DNA of 64,000 nucleotides from a bacterium (GTDB lineage Bacteria; Margulisbacteria; Marinamargulisbacteria; GCA-2716485; JAYNIM01): NCBI GenBank assembly GCA_038109055.1, contig JAYNIM010000001.1, positions 500,631 to 564,630 of the forward strand, read 5' to 3'. Shown piece by piece: positions 55,497 to 64,000 of this stretch (position 1 is its first letter; each line of letters starts with the position of its first letter). The notes under the pieces were generated by a model. It saw only the letters and a program-made list of their open reading frames with translations, ran no database searches and was not told where the DNA came from. The position numbers and the translations under genes were made by a program.

Positions 55497-56586
55497 CTGC
55501 CTCATTAAATTGCACTAAAGAAAAACCTTAAATTGCACTAAAAAAACCAAACTACAGTAAAAAACAAAACAAGAAACACTTTTTTTAATTTAACCCCTAA
55601 TTTTTCTTCATTCAAAAAAACGAGGATTATGCCGTTAAATACTGATTATGAACCCACATATAAATATGTAAATGGTCAATCAAATGGGAGATTTTTTTTG
55701 TTGTGCCCCAGGTACGCCGAATCAGGCGATTGATATTGGCCCTGAGCATTGCAAAGGTGTGATTAATGATAAAAATGGGGTCTCTTTTGACCTTTTTGAG
55801 CTCGCCTTGCCCGGCAACACAGCTTTTATGACCCTTGAATTGCTGGTAAATAGCGTGTGGAAAATGGCGTTTAACGATGTGTTTATAAAAGCGGCATTCA
55901 TCTGATTTAAGATGAATTTCGTGGGCTAAATGCTGCTTCAAATCCTGAAATAATGCGTTCATTTTTTGACGTCTTTCATCGGGTCGATGACCGTATTTTC
56001 TAACCGATATTTTCGCCAAATGACCCGTCGCAGGCATGATTCCAACCTGAAAACCCAAGATTTTACGTGTTGTTTTGGACACCGCCAGCGCCACTGAAAG
56101 CGGCTTACACTTGCTATGTTCATAGGTTTGTAGCTCATCAAATTGCACCTCTTTGACATTGCTAAAACGCGTGAGATCATTCTGCATTTTTAAGCGAGCC
56201 TGCTCAGCAAGATAGCGGGCTTTTCGGGCAATGGTATTTTTATTAACGTTAAACATCAGCGCCAAACGCCGTTGTGAGTTTAATGATGCCAATGCAATCT
56301 TAATTGAATGGTTAAGATGACGTTTTTTTTGACGATAGGCCGGATCAAAGGTCGCTTGTGAAAAATATTTTTTACACACTTTACACCAATACCGTTTAAC
56401 CACCCTCCCATCCGATTTTCGCTTAAAACTGCCCGCCTTTCTGGCGTTTTGTTGACTGCAACAACTTTGTATGGGGCGTTGGGACATAAAAATAAATTAA
56501 CAGAAAGAAACTAATTTGTAAATTCTATTTATTTTTATTTAAATTACATATAATAAGCTTGCTTTTGTTGCAATTTAGGGGGGCAG
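55497..56586 (-). mobile_element. Intact IS element (~1.09 kb), IS1-family-like, single transposase ORF
   Basis: Terminal inverted repeats CTGCCTCATTAAATTGCAC (55497-) and GTTGCAATTTAGGGGGGCAG (-56586; reverse complement CTGCCCCCCTAAATTGCAAC). TTAA lies on both flanks (55493-55496, 56587-56590) and could be a target duplication or the IR tip. Confidence 0.8.
55627..56487 (-). CDS. IS transposase (IS1-family-like: N-terminal zinc finger, HTH and DDE domain)
   Basis: CC...(16)...RYWCKVCKKYF zinc-finger spacing as in IS1 InsA (C..C....QRY.C..C...). HTH region LMFNVNKNTIARKARYL. VQFDELQTYEH...LSVALAVSKTTRKILGFQVG resembles the IS1 InsB DDE N-terminal part. Confidence 0.75.
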   Translation of the reverse strand: MSQRPIQSCCSQQNARKAGSFKRKSDGRVVKRYWCKVCKKYFSQATFDPAYRQKKRHLNHSIKIALASLNSQRRLALMFNVNKNTIARKARYLAEQARLKMQNDLTRFSNVKEVQFDELQTYEHSKCKPLSVALAVSKTTRKILGFQVGIMPATGHLAKISVRKYGHRPDERRQKMNALFQDLKQHLAHEIHLKSDECRFYKHIVKRHFPHAIYQQFKGHKSCVAGQGELKKVKRDPIFIINHTFAMLRANINRLIRRTWGTTKKISHLIDHLHIYMWVHNQYLTA

Positions 56587-57264
56587 TTAATATGGTTTAT
56601 CCAGTTCTTCTCGAAGTTCTAGTACTAATTCAAAATCACGTGTTACCTGTTTTTTAATCTCAAGAATCTCGTTTATTTCTAATTGAGTGGGAAGGTCGGT
56701 GCTGTTGGGTTGTGAAGGATTGTTTAATCCTGTCTTACTCATATCAAATAAGCTGCTGAATTGTTTCTGTGTCGTCATACCTTGGTACTGATCAAAAATC
56801 CCCATGCCTGTGGGGCTTGTTGAACTGCGATTACCCAACAAATCAATGGTCATATCTTCTTCTGGCGTGTCTGACTCCTCAGTTTCTTCTGCCAGTTCAG
56901 ATAGCCCTGCATTCGCTGAAAAAGCTTTGAGCAAATTTGAAAGTAAACTCTGTTTTAATTGGGTTACGTTTTGTTCGAATAGGGTAGCATGATCCTTTTT
57001 TACTTTGTTCAAATTACTTAATAAGCGTTCGATTAATGCAAGAGCATCTTCTTTTTTTTGAGGGTCTAGCTGGGATAGCTCCACCTCTTTTTTGATTGTC
57101 TGCAGTTGTTCTATTTTTTGTTTTATGTCTATCTGTGTACTGCTTTCTGCTAATAATTTTGTAAACTCTGCTGATTGGAGTGGCACTGCCTCTGTTCCAG
57201 CTGTAAATTGTGGGCTAGCTATTGTTTTAAATGTATCTCCTAACTGATTAAATCCTAATGTCAT
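56587..57264 (-). CDS. Hypothetical acidic / coiled-coil protein (225 aa)
   Basis: ORF only, with no recognised motif. Its stop codon (56587-56589) is part of the TTAA at the IS junction, so the C-terminus may have been altered by the insertion. Confidence 0.4.
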   Translation of the reverse strand: MTLGFNQLGDTFKTIASPQFTAGTEAVPLQSAEFTKLLAESSTQIDIKQKIEQLQTIKKEVELSQLDPQKKEDALALIERLLSNLNKVKKDHATLFEQNVTQLKQSLLSNLLKAFSANAGLSELAEETEESDTPEEDMTIDLLGNRSSTSPTGMGIFDQYQGMTTQKQFSSLFDMSKTGLNNPSQPNSTDLPTQLEINEILEIKKQVTRDFELVLELREELDKPY

Positions 57265-57299
57265 TTCAACTCCTTATAAAGACACTATCGTTTCTCTTT

Positions 57300-58598
57300 T
57301 TAAGAAACTTGCATCTTTTCGCGTGTTAACCATTTTTGTACACGCGTATCTACCCGAAGATGAGACAATGTGAGGGGTTGTTTGAGCCGTAATCCTGCTA
57401 AAGAGCAACAACGGCTGAGTGCCACATAGGCCTGTCCACTGGCAAAGGTCCCATAGCCAAAATCAATATAGACCTTCTCAAAAGTTTTTCCTTGGCTTTT
57501 ATGAATTGTCATAGCCCAGGCTAATTTTAAGGGGAATTGGCGAAAATCGCCCATTTTTTCTTGCTCAATCTTTTTGGTTTCGGCATCGTAGGTATAGCGA
57601 TACAGTTCCCACTTATGGGGCTCAACTGTAACCTGTTGGCCGTTTTGTAAGATAACCTGCATGCTCGTTTCCTGTGTATCGATTTGGCTAATTTCTCCGA
57701 TACTGCCATTCACCCATCGATCGTCGCTATCGTTATTTAAAAACATGACTTTTGCACCTACTTTCAACTTAAGTTCCGGCTCTGTTGGGAAACGTTTCTC
57801 ATCAAATCTTCCGCTACTTTCAGCCTCAAAAACCTGTTCTTTTGTGTGTAGTTGAGCTAGGGCTTCTTGATTGCGTTTATCTGCTTGGGCATTGGTTGAA
57901 CATAGCCATATATAATCTGCTGTTACGGGGGTTGTACTATTTACTACGCTTTGATTTAAACTGGCTAGTTGAAGGGGGGAGATACTTCCTTGTCGAATTT
58001 CATTGAGAATCTGAATAAAATCGGGGTCTTGTTGTCGATAAATTTTTTCTAAATGTATCTGTGAAAGGGATAGGTGTTTGCAAGCATCTCCTGAAAAAAA
58101 GAAAGGGCTATCGTAACGGTCTGAGATATAATCTCGATCAGAGTGGGTTACAACGGGTGGTAATTGATATAAATCACCAATAAAGACCATTTGTTTAGCT
58201 GCAAAGGGACGTTTATCTGCAAGTGCTGCTTGTAAATACTGATCAATACAGTCCAGCATATCTGCACGCAACATCGATACTTCATCGATCACTATGGTAT
58301 CAATCATCTCTAAAAAGTCTGTATTTTTTATTTTAGCTCCCTGTTTAGCCGCACTTTCAGGGGTAACGTTTATTTTAAATTTGAAAAATGAATGAATGGT
58401 TTCCCCCTGCACATTAAGGGCTGACACCCCTGTTGGCGCTAAGACCACCACGCGTTTTTGGGTATGGGTTTTGAAATATTGTAAGAGGGTTGATTTACCG
58501 GTACCTGCTTTCCCCGTAATAAAGAGACTGTCTTGGCTATGCTCTAGTTTATCTAGCGCGGTTTTAAATTCTGTATTGAGATCAAGTTTACTTAGCAC
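57300..58598 (-). CDS. PIF1/RecD-family (SF1B) helicase
   Basis: Walker A GKAGTGKSTLLQY, VIDEVSMLRADMLD (motif II), GDLYQLPPV, and C-terminal TIHKSQGKTFEKVYI...YVALSRC. Confidence 0.8.
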   Translation of the reverse strand: MLSKLDLNTEFKTALDKLEHSQDSLFITGKAGTGKSTLLQYFKTHTQKRVVVLAPTGVSALNVQGETIHSFFKFKINVTPESAAKQGAKIKNTDFLEMIDTIVIDEVSMLRADMLDCIDQYLQAALADKRPFAAKQMVFIGDLYQLPPVVTHSDRDYISDRYDSPFFFSGDACKHLSLSQIHLEKIYRQQDPDFIQILNEIRQGSISPLQLASLNQSVVNSTTPVTADYIWLCSTNAQADKRNQEALAQLHTKEQVFEAESSGRFDEKRFPTEPELKLKVGAKVMFLNNDSDDRWVNGSIGEISQIDTQETSMQVILQNGQQVTVEPHKWELYRYTYDAETKKIEQEKMGDFRQFPLKLAWAMTIHKSQGKTFEKVYIDFGYGTFASGQAYVALSRCCSLAGLRLKQPLTLSHLRVDTRVQKWLTREKMQVS

Positions 58599-60208
58599 AG
58601 GGCTAATGCTTCTCGTTTTTCTTGAACAATGTGATTGTTCATATAGTCTTCTAAATTCGAGCGATGATCGATAAAGCCTGTTTCGGAAATTTCGATAATT
58701 CGATTGGCCACGGTATTTAACAATTGGGTATCATGTGAGGTAAAAATTATACAATCTGACACCTGTTCTAAGGCCGTATTTAGTGCCGAAATACTTTCTA
58801 AATCTAAATGGTCTGTGGGCTCGTCAAAAATTAATACGTTGGGCTCTTTAAGCATCATGCGTGAAAACATTGCCCTGGCTTTTTCACCTCCTGATAAAAC
58901 CCGTACCGCTTTGTTAACCTCATCTCCCGAAAATAACATACGTCCCAGATACCCCCGAATCTCTTGACTATCTTCTATGGGGGATCCCTCCATTAACCAA
59001 TCTAATAATGATAAATCACTGTCAAAATAGGCATTATTATCTTTAGGAAAATAAGCATGTTGGACACTTTCGCCCCATTTCAGATGACCTGTATCAGGTG
59101 TTTGTTCACCCGCAATAACGGATAGTAAGGCTGTTTTTGCCACTGAATTTTTGCCAATAATTGCGACTTTTTCACCTTTTGTAATTTCAAAAGACAGATT
59201 TTTACACGCAGCTACTCCTTCAATATGTATACTTATATTTTCGGCCTGTAACACACGATTCCCCAAGCTTCGTTGGGCTTTAAATTGAATGAAAGGTGCC
59301 CGTCTGATCGATACAGGTAGTTCATCTGGGCGTAATTTTTCGATTAACTTTTTTCGTGATGTTGCTTGTTTCGACTTTGAGGCATTGGCTGAGAAGCGGC
59401 GCACAAATTCTTCGAGTTGTTGGACTTTTTTGCTATCTTTAGCAGCTTGATCTTGGCGTTGTTGGATGGCTAGCTCACTTGCTTGTCTCCAAAAACTATA
59501 GTTTCCAGGATAGATTTTTATTTTACCGTAATCAACATCGGCAATGTGGGTGCAGACTTTATTTAAAAAATGTCGATCATGCGACACCACTATCACCGTA
59601 TTTTTAAAATCTAAAAGATAATCTTCTAACCAAACAATGGTTTGATAATCTAAGTGGTTTGTTGGTTCATCTAAGAGAAGAATGTCAGGTTCAGCAAATA
59701 AGGCCTGAGCTAATAATACCTTAAATTTGTCTGCGGCCTCGAGATATTTCATTTCTTTGTCGTGTAGTTCTTCTGTGAGCCCTAATTCGCTAAGCATCAT
59801 TGCAGCATCAGTTTCGTGGCGATAGCCATCTAATTCACCAAATTCTCCCTCTAAATTGCCTACACGTTCACCTTCAGCATCACTCAACTCATCTTTGGCG
59901 TATAATTCTTGGCGTTCTTTATAAATCTTATACAGTTTTTTATAGCCCATCATCACGGTATCCAGAGCCTTCTCATCATCATAGGCAAATTGATCTTGTT
60001 TTAGCACCGATAAGGTGGCACCTGGTTCGACATGAATCTGTCCTTCAGTCGGCAAGATATCTCCGGCAATAATTTTTAATAAGGTTGATTTACCAGCACC
60101 ATTGGCACCAATCAACCCATAGCAATTTCCAGGCACGAATTTTACACTCACATCTTGAAAAAGTGTTTTAGATCCAAACGATAAGGTTAATTTGCTGGTT
60201 GTAATCAT
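58592..60208 (-). CDS. ABC-F family ATPase (YbiT/EttA-like translation factor type)
   Basis: Two ABC cassettes (GANGAGKSTLLKII ... LLLDEPTNHLD; LSGGEKARAMFSRMML...LIFDEPTDHLD) with no TM domain. I chose ATG 60208 behind AAGGAG instead of the TTG at 60244. Confidence 0.9.
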   Translation of the reverse strand: MITTSKLTLSFGSKTLFQDVSVKFVPGNCYGLIGANGAGKSTLLKIIAGDILPTEGQIHVEPGATLSVLKQDQFAYDDEKALDTVMMGYKKLYKIYKERQELYAKDELSDAEGERVGNLEGEFGELDGYRHETDAAMMLSELGLTEELHDKEMKYLEAADKFKVLLAQALFAEPDILLLDEPTNHLDYQTIVWLEDYLLDFKNTVIVVSHDRHFLNKVCTHIADVDYGKIKIYPGNYSFWRQASELAIQQRQDQAAKDSKKVQQLEEFVRRFSANASKSKQATSRKKLIEKLRPDELPVSIRRAPFIQFKAQRSLGNRVLQAENISIHIEGVAACKNLSFEITKGEKVAIIGKNSVAKTALLSVIAGEQTPDTGHLKWGESVQHAYFPKDNNAYFDSDLSLLDWLMEGSPIEDSQEIRGYLGRMLFSGDEVNKAVRVLSGGEKARAMFSRMMLKEPNVLIFDEPTDHLDLESISALNTALEQVSDCIIFTSHDTQLLNTVANRIIEISETGFIDHRSNLEDYMNNHIVQEKREALALC

Positions 60209-60325
60209 TGTTTCTGTCTCCTTTGAATCTTTAATGGTAGCCAAAAACCCTCATTAGGGCAAACTTTAGCTGTGGATTGTCAAATTTGAATATCTGTATG
60301 ATCAAATCAATGTTATACTTTTTTT

Positions 60326-61087
60326 ATGACCGAAGCACTGTCTAAGGCCTTAAATATGGCCCATCAAGGCTATCGAACCCCCTCTTTGTCGACACGTGAC
60401 AGTTCCCCGCATTTTGATCGCGTTCTTCATACGAAAGTTCAAGCTAGTCATCGACAATCTGTCTCTCAGGGCTATCCCCCTACCCCGAATGATATTCAGG
60501 GCCTTGTTTTGACAGCCTCTGGTATTGCTGCGCGTGATACCTCTGCTTTTTCGGATGTCCAGGCCTTTTTTTTAGCCAAGCAGCGCTTGGGTGATCAGGC
60601 GGTGATTCAGCTTAGTTTACAGTTGCAACAGACCCCTAATACCCTACAGCATCTTATCTTGGGTCATAATGGCATTACGCCCTTTGCTGCGGCTGCTTTG
60701 GCAGATCTTTTGAAAGTGAATCACTTTATTGGTTGGTTAGTTTTAAATGGGAACAAACTCTCTGATCTTGGCGCCCAGAAATTGGCAACAGGTCTAGCTA
60801 AAAATAAGGGTCTTATCCACCTTATTCTTGATGATAATGACATCTCTGATCTTGGTGTTTCTGAGCTTTCAACATCACTTAAAGAGCATCCTACTCTTGA
60901 AAGTTTGTTTTTGAAGAATAATGCTTTAACAGATCGTAGTAAGGATGCGCTTGTTTCTCTCTTACTTCATTCTCATTCGCTAAAACGCCTGGATCTTCGA
61001 GGCAACCCTCGTTTATCCCAGAAAACAAAAGAAAGCTTATTGCAGATTGCCCACCAAAAGGGGCGTCGAGTACTACTTGATCAATAG
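60326..61087 (+). CDS. Leucine-rich-repeat protein, ribonuclease-inhibitor (RI/NLR) type, with a disordered N-terminus
   Basis: About six 28-residue units, e.g. LQHLILGHNGITPFAAAALADLLKVNHF, IGWLVLNGNKLSDLGAQKLATGLAKNKG, LIHLILDDNDISDLGVSELSTSLKEHPT, LESLFLKNNALTDRSKDALVSLLLHSHS, LKRLDLRGNP. Confidence 0.75.
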   Translation: MTEALSKALNMAHQGYRTPSLSTRDSSPHFDRVLHTKVQASHRQSVSQGYPPTPNDIQGLVLTASGIAARDTSAFSDVQAFFLAKQRLGDQAVIQLSLQLQQTPNTLQHLILGHNGITPFAAAALADLLKVNHFIGWLVLNGNKLSDLGAQKLATGLAKNKGLIHLILDDNDISDLGVSELSTSLKEHPTLESLFLKNNALTDRSKDALVSLLLHSHSLKRLDLRGNPRLSQKTKESLLQIAHQKGRRVLLDQ

Positions 61088-61101
61088 TTAATATATTATT
61101 T

Positions 61102-61863
61102 TTAATTTACGAAAAGTCTTAAAGAGTTTTGGTAACATTTCTGGCTACACTCTCGTAGATCTATCTGTTTCACTTCTGCGATTTTTTGCGCAATTTCTGG
61201 CAAATATGCAGGTTGATTGGACTGGCCCTTGTAAGCTAAAGGTGTCAAATAAGGACTATCTGTTTCGATTAAGCAATGATCCAAATCTAAGACTTTAATC
61301 GCCTGAATGGTTTTACCTTTTTTTGCATGGGTAATCTGGCCTGTAAAGGAAAAATAATGATTATCTGCCGCTAAGGTTTCAAGAAGTTGTGGCCCCCCTG
61401 CGAAACAATGAAAAATCTTGGTTACCTCAGGGAAATTTTTTGTGATGGCAACGATATCTGCATCAGCTTTTCGGTTGTGAATGATCACAGGTAGCTTATA
61501 GCGCTGTGCTAGATCTAACTGGAAGGTAAAAACTCTTTGTTGCGCGGCTTTATTCTCTTGTTGCCAGTAATAGTCTAAGCCAATTTCTGCAATAGCCACT
61601 ATTTTTTGATGGTTGACCTTTAGAAGATCTTCTAACTCTCCCATCTTATCAAAATCGTTGGTTTCACAAGGATGAATGCCCACCGTGGGCAAACAATTGG
61701 GTTGGCGTTGATGTGTCACCAATACTTTTCGACTACTACCGATATTGATTGCGATATTCACAATATGCGTTAAACCTGCCTCGTGGGCAGCGTCTAATAG
61801 GTCGTTCTCCTTTTCTTTACACAAATATAGATGCGCATGTACATCTATGTACTTATTTCTCAT
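61102..61863 (-). CDS. tatD: TatD-family metal-dependent hydrolase
   Basis: YIDVHAHL, GIHPCE, AIAEIGLDYYW, PVIIHNRKA, IFHCFAG, LIETDSPYLTP motif series. I chose ATG 61863 (MRNKYIDVHAHL) rather than the track start at 61941. Confidence 0.85.
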   Translation of the reverse strand: MRNKYIDVHAHLYLCKEKENDLLDAAHEAGLTHIVNIAINIGSSRKVLVTHQRQPNCLPTVGIHPCETNDFDKMGELEDLLKVNHQKIVAIAEIGLDYYWQQENKAAQQRVFTFQLDLAQRYKLPVIIHNRKADADIVAITKNFPEVTKIFHCFAGGPQLLETLAADNHYFSFTGQITHAKKGKTIQAIKVLDLDHCLIETDSPYLTPLAYKGQSNQPAYLPEIAQKIAEVKQIDLRECSQKCYQNSLRLFVN

Positions 61864-61946
61864 CTTACTACTATACGTTTTCTCCTGTTTTATTGTACAT
61901 CTTAATTTATGTTTAACCTGACAATATTGTGGGTATAACATCTAAT

Positions 61947-62366
61947 ATGGACACGAAACAACTGATTGATTTATTAAACCAAGATTTGGCCAATGAACTC
62001 ATGGCTATTATGCAATATCTTCATTATGCAGCTCGCGTGGATGGCCCTTATCGCTTGGTCTTACGTGACTTTTTTAGTGCTGAAATAAACGAAGAGAAAG
62101 AGCATGCTCTGTATTTGGCTGAAAAAATTATCACCTTGGGTGGTGACGCGACCTGTGTACCAAATGCCGTCCCTAAGGTTCAGGGAAACAAGGCCATGCT
62201 AGAAGCTGTCTACGAATCTGAACTTCAGGCTATTCACGACTACACAGAACGTAGTAAACAGGCAGATTCTCTTGGTTTTAAAGCATTGAGTTTAAAACTT
62301 GAAGAATTTATTGTTGATGAAACACGTCATAAAGAAGAAGTGGAACGCTTACTTAAGGGTTGGTAA
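61947..62366 (+). CDS. Ferritin-like (bacterioferritin/DpsL-type) four-helix-bundle protein
   Basis: LLNQDLANELMAIMQYLHYA...EINEEKEHALYLAEKIITLGG...ESELQAIHDYTE...FIVDETRHKEEVERL carries the di-iron ligand pattern E...E..H / E...E..H. The start may be GTG 61929 or ATG 61947. Confidence 0.7.
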   Translation: MDTKQLIDLLNQDLANELMAIMQYLHYAARVDGPYRLVLRDFFSAEINEEKEHALYLAEKIITLGGDATCVPNAVPKVQGNKAMLEAVYESELQAIHDYTERSKQADSLGFKALSLKLEEFIVDETRHKEEVERLLKGW

Positions 62367-63162
62367 TTCTTTTTATTGTAGGTCTTTCTTTTTGAGACAA
62401 TAGATATTTAAGAATCACACTCAACCCCCATATTAGGGACAGTATTAACATAACACAATAACTAGGTGGCACATCTATGATCATCGAAACAAATAAGCCC
62501 ACAAGAGATGCACTTATCCCAATTCCCCATCCTATTAGTACTTGATGTTTGAACGTGTTTGTAAACATGACTGCAGATAAAAGAGGGATGACTAAAAATG
62601 AAAATACTAGTAACACCCCTACCATTTTAACTGATGACGTCACCACCGCTCCAAACAAGATATAAAAAACAATATTCCATTTTTGAGAAGATGTGGTCAA
62701 GAAATAACGATGTAAGCTGATCAATAACAGGCCTATCCCTAGATATAATCCATAGGCAATTATCAATTCAGTGGGCTGGATAAATAGTAGGTGCCCTGCT
62801 AACATCTCGCGTAAATGATGCCCGTCCATACCCGTACTTGAAATTACGCCCGTTGCTGTTGCTGTTGCAATAATATACATGACACCAATGACCGCTTCTT
62901 GAAGATTTATTTTATTATAAAATGGTTTTAATACCGTCAGTATCAAAGAGGCAACTATGGTAAAACTAAAGCCTATCAAAAATAAGATATAATGGTTATC
63001 AATATCCGCCCAGCGCCCGACTAAATAGCCAAGCGCTGCCCATTGTGCAAGTGCAAGATCAATAAATAAAACCCCTCGTCTTAAGACAAAGACCCCAAAA
63101 TATACATGAATAAGGACTAATACCATACACGCTAAAAAAGGGAGAAATATAAGGGAGATCAT
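62353..63162 (-). CDS. Metal (Zn/Mn/Fe) ABC transporter permease, ABC-3 family
   Basis: About eight TM segments with ZnuB/TroC-like colinearity (FLPFLACMVLVLIHVYFGVFVLRRGVLFIDLALAQWAALG). Operon context with the substrate-binding protein. Confidence 0.8.
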   Translation of the reverse strand: MISLIFLPFLACMVLVLIHVYFGVFVLRRGVLFIDLALAQWAALGYLVGRWADIDNHYILFLIGFSFTIVASLILTVLKPFYNKINLQEAVIGVMYIIATATATGVISSTGMDGHHLREMLAGHLLFIQPTELIIAYGLYLGIGLLLISLHRYFLTTSSQKWNIVFYILFGAVVTSSVKMVGVLLVFSFLVIPLLSAVMFTNTFKHQVLIGWGIGISASLVGLFVSMIIDVPPSYCVMLILSLIWGLSVILKYLLSQKERPTIKRITNP

Positions 63163-64000
63163 TTTTTTAATTCTTTTAAAATAAATTCAAATAAATCGTG
63201 ATAGCTTTCTATTCCCATTTCCCCAACATTAGCCGGTAGTTTTTTATATCTTGCCCCAATCTCTTTGGCAAAACTTTTCCCTACATACTCTGGGCAATAA
63301 CTTGCGGTTAAGACAAATGTAGAACGTGATGAAACAGCCTGTTTTAGTTTAGCAAGATGCTTTGTTGTAGGAGGAATACCTGGTAATGGTTCTAATTCTC
63401 CCATACTTGTTAATCCAAATCCGTCAAAAAAATAACTCCATACTTTATGATAGGTGATAAAGGCTGTATCTGACATTGACTCTAATTGAGATTGCCACTT
63501 TTCTATACGTTTGTTTAAACTGCGCGAAAATTGTTGATAGTTTCGGGTATAAAACACCTTATTTTTGGGGTCTATTACGCAGAGTCGTTCTTTGATTTGT
63601 TTTGCGATAATAATCCCATTTTTGGGATCAAGCCAGTAATGTGGGTTGCCATGAATATGGACATCTCCATGCCCTTTATCAATAGTTCCTTTTGGAACCT
63701 CTAGTTTTGTAATTTTATCTGAACAATCTAAATGACCTGGCTTTCCTTTTAAAACGGCTGTATTGCGTGCCACTTGCGTTAATCCATCAATCCATCCATC
63801 TTGATCCATCCCTAAGCGAATCAGAAGATCGGCTTTTCTTACAGCTAAGACCATTGAGGGCTTTGGATGAATAGTATGTAAATTTCGACTTCCTTTAATC
63901 AGCGATCTTACCTCGATAAGTTCGCCCCCAATTGAGGTAGCGATAGAGGCAAAATCCTCCGTAATCGTCACTACCTGAATTGGGCTAGCAGCTAGGTCTA
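63159..64000 (-). CDS. Metal ABC transporter substrate-binding protein (ZnuA/TroA family); 5' end lies beyond the window
   Basis: ITEDFASIATSIGGELIEVRSLIKGSRNLHTIHPKPSMVLAVRKADLL parallels ZnuA (.....L......IGG..V.V..L...G.DPH.YE..P.D...L..ADL.) and contains HGDVHIHGNPHYWLDP. The frame stays open upstream of the track start (GTG 63971) to position 64000. Confidence 0.8.
   Translation of the reverse strand, partial: DLAASPIQVVTITEDFASIATSIGGELIEVRSLIKGSRNLHTIHPKPSMVLAVRKADLLIRLGMDQDGWIDGLTQVARNTAVLKGKPGHLDCSDKITKLEVPKGTIDKGHGDVHIHGNPHYWLDPKNGIIIAKQIKERLCVIDPKNKVFYTRNYQQFSRSLNKRIEKWQSQLESMSDTAFITYHKVWSYFFDGFGLTSMGELEPLPGIPPTTKHLAKLKQAVSSRSTFVLTASYCPEYVGKSFAKEIGARYKKLPANVGEMGIESYHDLFEFILKELKK

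Noticed and set aside
60209-60244. TTG-initiated 12-codon extension of the ABC-F gene
   Set aside because: ATG at 60208 is preceded by AAGGAG at proper spacing and gives the canonical ABC-F N-terminus.
61864-61941. 26-codon N-terminal extension of tatD
   Set aside because: The TatD fold begins at MRNKYIDVHAHL, and the extension overlaps the divergent ferritin-like gene start region.
1-64000. CRISPR arrays, rRNA and tRNA genes
   Set aside because: I saw no regularly spaced short direct repeats and no rRNA- or tRNA-like sequence in the intergenic gaps I inspected (1295-1405, 6153-6233, 20995-21056, 23728-23892, 26660-27079, 31018-31117, 44837-45146, 52270-52466, 55307-55496, 60245-60325). This was a scan by eye, not an exhaustive one.

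Overview
AT-rich bacterial chromosome segment, probably from a host-associated or intracellular diderm bacterium. All calls were made by eye from the translations and from nucleotide comparison; no HMM or BLAST search was run. Layout: (a) 1-10.3 kb: housekeeping genes, namely rlmN (partial), a LOG-family protein, exbB-exbD-tonB followed by two secreted/anchor proteins, holB, rpsU, a TPR protein and lnt. (b) 10.3-21.0 kb: one tightly packed 14-gene minus-strand flagellar basal-body operon, fliK, flhB-CTD-like, flgF, flgG, flgA, flgH, flgI, flgJ-like, fliA, flgB, flgC, fliE, fliF, fliG-like. It has several atypical features. (c) 21-26.7 kb: a class IV aminotransferase, lepA, acs and a Rossmann-fold protein. 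(d) 27.1-35.9 kb is the most unusual part. Two large modular proteins with eukaryote-like domains sit in tandem: USP deubiquitinase + NADAR, and MORN repeats + unknown middle + NADAR. Each is followed by an identical DUF481-like outer-membrane protein gene. The two cassettes share a near-perfect ~1.59 kb repeat at a period of 4,854 bp and show clear traces of domain shuffling. (e) 35.9-45.5 kb: an enolase-superfamily enzyme, rpmG, rpmB, an M16 peptidase pair, a degenerate FGGY-kinase-like gene, tsaB, an extended sppA and an RRM protein. (f) 45.5-52.3 kb: a four-gene surface/secreted repeat-protein cluster. (g) 52.3-57.3 kb: a decayed, rearranged patch with a solo IS end, truncated thiE, a coaBC remnant, a methyltransferase/ATP-grasp fusion gene and an intact IS1-like element. 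(h) 57.3-64 kb: a PIF1-like helicase, an ABC-F ATPase, an RI-type LRR protein, tatD, a ferritin-like protein and metal ABC transporter genes. I recognised no rRNA, tRNA or CRISPR array.
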